The position numbers and the translations under genes were made by a program. A stretch of DNA of 64,000 nucleotides, taken from Candidatus Latescibacterota bacterium. GTDB lineage: Bacteria > Latescibacterota > UBA2968 > GCA-2709665. Positions 57,651-64,000 of the stretch are shown here, piece by piece (within the stretch, counting starts at the first letter, position 1; every line of letters begins with the position of its first letter). The stretch spans positions 1,472,001-1,536,000 of the forward strand of contig OZ220733.1 of the NCBI GenBank assembly GCA_965116875.1. Direction: 5' to 3'. Below the pieces are notes generated by a model that did no database searches, was not told where the DNA came from, and worked only from the letters and a program-made list of their open reading frames with translations.

Positions 57651-58439
57651 ATGTCTGAATTTCAGGAGAAAGTGGTTATCGTCACCGGCGGCGCCAAGGG
57701 CATCGGCAGCGGGATCTGCCTGGCATTCGCCCGCGAAGGCGCCCGCGTACTCTGCGCCGACGTGGACGTGGAGGCCGGGGAACGCCTGGCCGTCGAGAGC
57801 GGTTCTCTCCCCGGGCCTATCCGGTTTCAGGCGGCCGACGTGGCGCGGGACGACGCCTGCCGGGCGCTGGCGCGGACCGCTGTTTCCGAATGGGGCGGCG
57901 TGGACGTCCTCTGCAACAACGTTGGCGTCCAGCCCGTCAGCAGCTACCTGCCCGCCCATGAACTGCCGGAAGAGACGTGGGACCACATCCTCAATGTCAA
58001 CCTGAAGAGCGCTTTCCTGATGACCCGGCACTGCGTACCCGAAATGATCAAACGCGGAGGGGGCGTGATCATCAACACCGCCAGCGTCCAGGGGCTGCAA
58101 TCCACCAAAGGCGTCTGCGCCTACGCCGCCAGCAAAGGCGGCATCCTCTCCCTGACGCGGCAACTCGCCCTGGAATACGCGGAACACAACGTGCGCGTGC
58201 TGGCCGTCAACCCCGGCACCATCGACACACCGCTGGTGGATGAAGCCCTTCAGGCCATGGGCGGCGACGAAACGGAACATCGGGAACGCATGGGCCGGTC
58301 CCATCCCGTCGGCCGGATCGGCACGCCCGACGACGTCGCGAATGCCGTCCTGTTCCTGGCCAGCGAAAAAGCGTCCTTCATGACCGGCGAAAACGTCTGC
58401 GTAGACGGCGGGATGATGGCCAAAGGCGCATGGAGCTGA
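57651..58439 (+). CDS. SDR family oxidoreductase
   Basis: TGGAKGIG, NNVG, YAASKG, PGTIDT. Confidence 0.93.
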   Translation: MSEFQEKVVIVTGGAKGIGSGICLAFAREGARVLCADVDVEAGERLAVESGSLPGPIRFQAADVARDDACRALARTAVSEWGGVDVLCNNVGVQPVSSYLPAHELPEETWDHILNVNLKSAFLMTRHCVPEMIKRGGGVIINTASVQGLQSTKGVCAYAASKGGILSLTRQLALEYAEHNVRVLAVNPGTIDTPLVDEALQAMGGDETEHRERMGRSHPVGRIGTPDDVANAVLFLASEKASFMTGENVCVDGGMMAKGAWS

Positions 58440-58469
58440 TCGCCCGGGTCCCGGTTCACAACCCCATCT

Positions 58470-58979
58470 ATGGATTTCCATCCGTTTATCGTCCACTTCC
58501 CCGTCGCGCTGCTCACCGTGGGCTTCTTCTGCGACGCCGCCGGCGTTCTGTTTCGCAGGGACCAGCTTCTCCGCACCGGATACTTCCTCCTGGTCCTGGG
58601 CGCCGTTTCGGCGATTGCCGCGTCGCTGACCGGAAACGCGGCTGAAGACGCGGCCGCGGAGATCCCCGGCATCGCCTCCGCGCTCGAACAACACGAATCC
58701 ATTTCCACCGCCGCCACGTGGCTCGCCATCGTGCTGGCCCTCCTCCGCACCCACCTCATCCTCAAGCGAAAGTTCGCGGGAACCGTTCGTTTCGTGTATC
58801 TCGCGGGGGCGGCGTCAACGGCTGTCCTCGTGGCCCTGAGCGGATATACGGGTGGCCGGATGACGTACGAATACGGTCCTGGCATCCGGCCCGTGATGGA
58901 ATCGCTCACGCGACCTAAAGACGAAGAAAAGGTAGAAGGAAAAAGGAAGAAGGAAAAAGGAAAATTCGAGAAGCGTTGA
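58470..58979 (+). CDS. DUF2231 domain membrane protein
   Basis: HPFIVHFPVAL, four TM helices, G..GG.MTY.YG; the tail runs into a purine heptamer repeat. Confidence 0.82.
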   Translation: MDFHPFIVHFPVALLTVGFFCDAAGVLFRRDQLLRTGYFLLVLGAVSAIAASLTGNAAEDAAAEIPGIASALEQHESISTAATWLAIVLALLRTHLILKRKFAGTVRFVYLAGAASTAVLVALSGYTGGRMTYEYGPGIRPVMESLTRPKDEEKVEGKRKKEKGKFEKR

Positions 58980-59019
58980 AAACTTTGAACGATGACACTC
59001 CCGCGCCGTCACTGAGACT

Positions 59020-59375
59020 GTAGGGGCGACCGGCCGGTCGCCCGCCCGCCTTGTCATTTTTTCTGGTTTTCCCTTTGTGTACCTTGGCGTCTTCGTGTTT
59101 CTGTATGAGGCCGGTTTCTTGCCTTTCCTCCCTCTTTCCTTTAGGAGAGAGGGCCGGGGAGAGAGGTCTGCGGGGCTGGGTAAGGCTTTTGATCTTGCCT
59201 TTCGTTTTTGATCCTGGCTTTGGTTTTCGCTCCTTGCCTTTAGCTGATGGCTGACGGCTGATAGCTGATCGCTGCTTCTGATGTACAGGATCATGCGTTT
59301 CGTTCTTGATCGGGCAACGGTTGTACCCTACCTTTCGGGACAGGCCTGCAGAGCGACTTTCTCAACGGACTGTGA
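59020..59375. repeat. Mosaic of a GTAG-type REP, a CCCTCT palindrome, GCTGA heptamers and one MITE-A end
   Basis: GTAGGGGCGACCGGCCGGTCGCCC (59020-43); CCCTCTTTCCTTTAGGAGAGAGGG..AGGTC (59130-68); heptamers 59243-74; GCCTGCAGAGCGACTTTCTCAACGGACTGT (about 59344-73). Confidence 0.7.
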
Positions 59376-59399
59376 ACCCTCCCGGAAAGGTGAGCCCGA

Positions 59400-61754
59400 A
59401 TGCGCCACGCCGCACATCCCCCGTTCCGTACCGCCGTCGTTCTGGGCGCGGGCGTCATGGGATCGCAGATTGCCGCTCACCTGGCGAACGCCGGCCTGTC
59501 CGTCCATCTGATGGACCTTCCCGGCGAAGGGACGAACCGAAACGGGATTGCAGAAGGCGCGCTGAAGGGCCTCGAGCGCGTCAGCCCGGCCCCCCTCTTT
59601 ACGGAGGATACCGTCCGGCGCATTCGCCCCGGCAACATCGAAGACGACTTCAGCCGCGTGTCCGATGCGGACTGGATCATCGAGGCCGTCGTTGAGAAAC
59701 CCGACGTCAAACAACAGATGATGGCGCGCGTGGAAGCCGCCGCGAACAGCCGTGCCGTTATCTCCACCAACACCAGCGGCATTCCGATCCACCTGATCGC
59801 TCAGGGCCGGTCTCCGGAATTCAGGAGCCGGTTCCTGGGAACCCACTTCTTCAACCCTCCGCGCTACCTCAAGCTCCTCGAACTCATTCCCCTTCCTGAA
59901 ACCGATCCGGCCGCTGTGGAACGCGTCTCCCTGTTCGGCCGCGTACGGCTTGGCAAGGGTATCGTGGTCGCAAACGACACGCCCGGCTTCATTGGCAACC
60001 GCATCGGCGTGTACGCCATGATGCAGTGTATCCGGGCCTTTACGGAGGGCGGATACACGATCGAGGAGATAGACGCCCTCACGGGCCCCCTCCTGGGGCG
60101 CCCCAGGTCGGCCACGTTCAGAACCGCCGACGTTGTCGGGCTGGACACCCTCGTACACGTCGCCGAATACCTGTACAATGCCCTGCCGGAGGACGAAAGC
60201 CGCGACCGGTTCCAGATTCCCGGAGCGGTAACGCATCTTGTCGAAGACGGCGCCACCGGGGCCAAGGCGGGCAGGGGCTTCTACAGGAAAGAAGGCCGGG
60301 ACATCCTCTCGTTCAATCCCGTTACCCGCGCCTGGGAACCTCCCACGGAACAGAAACTGGGCGATCTCGAACCCATACGCAGCCAGCGGGAACTCTCCCC
60401 GCGCCTGCGCGACCTCTACGCGCACGAAGGGCGGGCGGGCGATTTCTTCCGGGGACATCTCCTGGAAACGCTGGGTTACGCCGCACGCCGCATCCCCGAA
60501 ATCACCGCGAATCCGGCAGACATTGACCGGGCCCTTCGCTGGGGATTCGGCTGGGAGGCCGGACCCTTTGAAACGTGGGATATCATCGGTTACGATACCG
60601 TCCTCGAAGATATGGCGGCCGAGAACATCCCCCTGCCCGCCTGGGTCGAGACCATGTCCGCGGCGGGGGCAAAGGGATTCCGCGACCGCTCACGGATCTA
60701 TCTGCCCGACCGCGGATACGCGCCGGATCCCGGAACGACGGATGACTTCGCTACGCCGGCGGTCCGCCCGGAGAAACAGCACGTCCGCTGGCAGAACGAG
60801 GAAGCCGCCCTGCTGGACCTGGGTGAGGATATCGCCCTCTTCGAATACCGCTCGAAGGCGAATTCCATGGGGGAATCGCTCGTACGCGGCCTTGTGGACG
60901 CGGTCGACATCGTCGAAGCGGGGAATTACCGGGGAATGGTCATCTGCAACAGGGGGAAAAACTTCTCCGTTGGCGCGAATCTGGGAGAAATGGTCGCGCA
61001 CGCGGAACAGAATCGCTTCGATCTGATGGACCGCCTCCTGGTCAACTTTCAAGGGATGATCCAGCGCGTCCACTACGCCGCCAAACCCGTCGTTGTCGCC
61101 ACCCACGGCCGCGTACTCGGCGGAGGTTGCGAACTCACGCTGGCCTGCGCCAGCCCGGTGGCCGCGGCGGAGTCCTACATCGGTCTTGTGGAACTCGCCG
61201 TGGGACTCATTCCCGGCGGCTGCGGCACCATGCGAATGGCGGCGATCTCGCACGAGTGCGCTCCGTCCGAACAGGACAGCCACATCCAGCCCTTTCTGAC
61301 GAGGGCCTTCGAAACGGTTGCGATGGCGAAGGTGTCCAACAGCGCCTGGCAGGCGCGGGAATACGGATTTCTGCCGCCCGGTTCGCCCATTGTCATGAAC
61401 CAGGACCACCGGCTCCAGGCCGCCCGCCAGGAGGTCCTGCGCCTTTCCGGCCAGGGGTACGCCCCGCCCCCGGTCCGCAACGCCATCCGGGTTCTCGGGC
61501 AACCGGCCCGGGCGCGGTTCGAGGTGACAACCTGGAATATGCTCCGGTCCGGATTCATCAGCGAATACGACCGATTTCTGGCCAACCGGTTCGCGTACGT
61601 GCTGACCGGCGGAGACCTTTCAGGCCCTGCCAACGTACACGAGGACTACCTTCTCGAACTGGAACGCGAAGTCTTCGTCGCCCTTACCGGCGAAGAGAAG
61701 ACGCGGGAACGGATCCACAGCATTCTGCGAACCAACAGACCCCTGCGAAATTGA
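59400..61754 (+). CDS. 3-hydroxyacyl-CoA dehydrogenase/enoyl-CoA hydratase (FadN-type)
   Basis: GAGVMG, TNTSG, HFFNPPRY, GFIGNRIG; C-terminal crotonase domain (FSVGANL, GGGCE, GLIPGG.G), PLRN end. Confidence 0.93.
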   Translation: MRHAAHPPFRTAVVLGAGVMGSQIAAHLANAGLSVHLMDLPGEGTNRNGIAEGALKGLERVSPAPLFTEDTVRRIRPGNIEDDFSRVSDADWIIEAVVEKPDVKQQMMARVEAAANSRAVISTNTSGIPIHLIAQGRSPEFRSRFLGTHFFNPPRYLKLLELIPLPETDPAAVERVSLFGRVRLGKGIVVANDTPGFIGNRIGVYAMMQCIRAFTEGGYTIEEIDALTGPLLGRPRSATFRTADVVGLDTLVHVAEYLYNALPEDESRDRFQIPGAVTHLVEDGATGAKAGRGFYRKEGRDILSFNPVTRAWEPPTEQKLGDLEPIRSQRELSPRLRDLYAHEGRAGDFFRGHLLETLGYAARRIPEITANPADIDRALRWGFGWEAGPFETWDIIGYDTVLEDMAAENIPLPAWVETMSAAGAKGFRDRSRIYLPDRGYAPDPGTTDDFATPAVRPEKQHVRWQNEEAALLDLGEDIALFEYRSKANSMGESLVRGLVDAVDIVEAGNYRGMVICNRGKNFSVGANLGEMVAHAEQNRFDLMDRLLVNFQGMIQRVHYAAKPVVVATHGRVLGGGCELTLACASPVAAAESYIGLVELAVGLIPGGCGTMRMAAISHECAPSEQDSHIQPFLTRAFETVAMAKVSNSAWQAREYGFLPPGSPIVMNQDHRLQAARQEVLRLSGQGYAPPPVRNAIRVLGQPARARFEVTTWNMLRSGFISEYDRFLANRFAYVLTGGDLSGPANVHEDYLLELEREVFVALTGEEKTRERIHSILRTNRPLRN

Positions 61755-61849
61755 CTGTGATTCGTCATTCTTCGGGGACGCAGAACCGATTATTCGCAAG
61801 TAGATTCAGGCGATTTGACTTCGGATTTCCAGCACTGCCGTCCAGGAAA

Positions 61850-62090
61850 GGAACCGATTCGGGACCAGTGTGACTGGCGTTCCCGGGAGCGAGGGCATCC
61901 TGCCCTCGACGTCGGATAACTCGTCGCTCACGGTGTTTTCCGCGAACCGGCATCGGGTATAATGGACGCGTCAGTCCCTCGACGCGAATCGAAGTAGGCG
62001 ACGCGAAGTTCGAGGGCAGGATGCCCTCGCTCCGGTTACAGGTGGATCGTGTCGTGCTAGCGGTTGGAAAGGACGATATTGGGAAGGTGT
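61850..62090. repeat. Family D element, long form with an inverted palindrome pair
   Basis: GGAGCGAGGGCATCCTGCCCTCG (61886-61908) and CGAGGGCAGGATGCCCTCGCTCC (62011-62033). Confidence 0.75.
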
Positions 62091-62139
62091 AGTTGACCAG
62101 GAACCTTCCGTTCACCGGACGTGAGAGGTGCAGCCCCCC

Positions 62140-63324
62140 ATGAACAACGAGACATACATCGTGAGCAGCGTTCGCACGGCCGTGGCCAAAGCCAAACGAG
62201 GGGTCCTGCGGAACGTGCGGCCCGAAACCATGGGCGCGGCCGCCGTCAACGGCGCGATCGACCGCGTGGAAGGCCTTCAGCCCGAACGTATCGGCGACGT
62301 GATCATGGGCTGCGCGTTTCCGGAAGCGCAGCAGGGCATGGTTCTCGGTCGCGTCGTCGCACAGAAGGCCGGCCTGCCCGATACGGTCCCCGGCGTAACC
62401 ATCAACCGCTTCTGCGCTTCGGGTCTTCAATCCATCGCGATGGCTCACCAGGCGGTCTCCGCGGGCCAGACCGACGTGATTGTGGCCGGCGGCGCCGAGT
62501 CCATGAGCCTTGTTCCCATGGGCGGCAACAACTTCATGCCCGACCCGGACATCACGCGGGAAGACCCGGACCTGTACATCGACATGGGAAACACCGCTGA
62601 AAACCTGGTGGAAAGCGAGAACATCTCCCGGGAGGAACAGGACAGCTTCGCCCTGCGTTCCCATCAACGCGCGCTCGCCGCCGACGCCGACGGCCGCTTC
62701 GATGACGAGATCGTGCCCCTCCACGTGGTGGAGACGGTGTACGATGGCGGCAGGACCGCGTCCACCGAGAAAACGTTCAGGACGGACGAGGGACCTCGCG
62801 CCGATACCAGTGCGGGCGCGCTTGCCCGGCTCAGGCCGGTCTTTCGCGCCGGCGGCACCGTCACCGCGGGGAATGCCTCGCAGGTCTCGGACGGCGCCGC
62901 CGCAACGGTGGTCATGAGCGGACGGGCGGTCAGGGAACTCCGGGTGAAACCCATGGCGCGGCTCGCGGGCTATGCCGTGGCCGGCGTCGCGCCGGAAATC
63001 ATGGGCATCGGCCCGGCCGAAGCCGTGCCGAAGGCGCTACGTCAGGCAGGTCTCTCCCTGGAAGATATCGGCCTGATCGAACTGAACGAGGCCTTCGCGG
63101 CACAGGCTCTCGCCGTAATCGGCAGGCTCGACATGGACCCGGAACTCGTCAACGTCAACGGCGGGGCCATCGCACTCGGCCATCCCCTGGGCTGCACCGG
63201 CGCCAAACTCACCGCCACCCTCCTGCACGAGATGGCGCGTCGCAACGTCCGCTACGGCATCTGCACCATGTGTATCGGCAGCGGTATGGGCGCGGCGGGG
63301 GTTTTCGAAAACCTCATGGCGTAA
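62140..63324 (+). CDS. fadA: Acetyl-CoA C-acyltransferase (thiolase)
   Basis: NRFCASG, NEAFA, GHPLG, CIGSGMG. Confidence 0.94.
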   Translation: MNNETYIVSSVRTAVAKAKRGVLRNVRPETMGAAAVNGAIDRVEGLQPERIGDVIMGCAFPEAQQGMVLGRVVAQKAGLPDTVPGVTINRFCASGLQSIAMAHQAVSAGQTDVIVAGGAESMSLVPMGGNNFMPDPDITREDPDLYIDMGNTAENLVESENISREEQDSFALRSHQRALAADADGRFDDEIVPLHVVETVYDGGRTASTEKTFRTDEGPRADTSAGALARLRPVFRAGGTVTAGNASQVSDGAAATVVMSGRAVRELRVKPMARLAGYAVAGVAPEIMGIGPAEAVPKALRQAGLSLEDIGLIELNEAFAAQALAVIGRLDMDPELVNVNGGAIALGHPLGCTGAKLTATLLHEMARRNVRYGICTMCIGSGMGAAGVFENLMA

Positions 63325-63329
63325 CGTGC

Positions 63330-64000
63330 ATGGACGTTCTGACTTCAACCTGCGGTGTCCTGTCCCTTACCCGCGTGGAAGCCCTCGGCATCGCGGTCCT
63401 CGTGTGCGTCCTGGGCTTCACCGGCGCGCCGCTGTGGCTCTGGACGGTTTTCTCGGCCGTGGGGCTTTGGACATTCGGCGCGCCCGTCGGCCTCTGGTGG
63501 GGGTTTGGCGCCCTCGCGCTGCTTCTTAACCTGCGGCCGCTGCGCCGCATCCTGGTTTCCTTCTGGATCCTCAAGATCCTCAGGGTTCTCAAACTCCTTC
63601 CCGCCATCTCTCCTACCGAACAGGCCGCCATCGAAGCCGGCAGCGTATGGATCGACGCCGACCTCTTCTCCGGCAAACCCGATTTCAGGCGGCTGAGCAG
63701 AGAACCCTACCCGGACCTGAATGAAAGGGAGCGCGCGTTCCTCAACGGCCCCGTGGAAGCCGCGTGCCGTCTGGCCGACGACTGGCAGATTCACCGGGCC
63801 CGGGACCTCCCGCGGGAACTCTGGAAGTACCTCAGGGAACAACGATTCTACGGGATCATCATCCCCGAGGAATTCGGCGGTCTTGGATTCTCGGCATCCG
63901 CGCACAGCGCCATTGTCGGCAAGCTGGCCTCCCGCTCCATGCCGCTTGCCGTGACGGTAATGGTGCCCAATTCCCTCGGGCCGGCGGAACTGCTGATCCA
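63330..64000 (+). CDS. Acyl-CoA dehydrogenase, FadE-like (partial; runs off the window)
   Basis: Translated by hand from ATG 63330: N-terminal TM helices, PAISPTEQAAIEAGSVWIDADLFSGKPD, IIPEEFGGLGFS, VTVMVPNSLGP. Confidence 0.9.
   Translation, partial: MDVLTSTCGVLSLTRVEALGIAVLVCVLGFTGAPLWLWTVFSAVGLWTFGAPVGLWWGFGALALLLNLRPLRRILVSFWILKILRVLKLLPAISPTEQAAIEAGSVWIDADLFSGKPDFRRLSREPYPDLNERERAFLNGPVEAACRLADDWQIHRARDLPRELWKYLREQRFYGIIIPEEFGGLGFSASAHSAIVGKLASRSMPLAVTVMVPNSLGPAELLI

Overview
GC-rich (visibly >60%) chromosomal DNA from a diderm bacterium. The LolA-like protein, beta-barrel proteins, sulfatase and many oxidoreductases fit a Latescibacterota/FCB-type heterotroph, but that is inference only. 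Layout: (1) 1-9.6 kb, a minus-strand catabolic cluster (enolase-superfamily enzyme, IPMDH-like dehydrogenase, M20 amidohydrolase, M19 dipeptidase, MDR, flavin reductase, SSS transporter plus a small membrane protein, Gfo/Idh/MocA); (2) smc; (3) 13.6-25.2 kb, an accessory block, AT-richer between about 15.8 and 23.7 kb, with a YtrA/GntR-ABC ATPase-permease/LVIVD operon, a TlpA-like protein carrying an unusual 31-aa repeat, a decayed paralog of it, and S41 and S9 peptidases; (4) housekeeping and metabolic genes (modBC, epmA, three beta-barrel paralogs, pepA, pyrE, a ybdK-like ligase, an MgtE module, TauE, a ThDP enzyme, a frameshifted AlsT, UPF0182, a fadN-fadA-fadE-like operon). Top finding: the M20 amidohydrolase at 6012-7334 has an in-frame TGA exactly at the metal-binding Cys of the HGCGHN motif, followed by a hairpin that fits the bacterial SECIS model, so it is a strong candidate selenocysteine metallohydrolase. 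The intergenic DNA also holds several families of nested MITE/REP elements, including a filled/empty site pair and insertions at stop codons. I recognised no rRNA, tRNA, CRISPR array or transposase gene.
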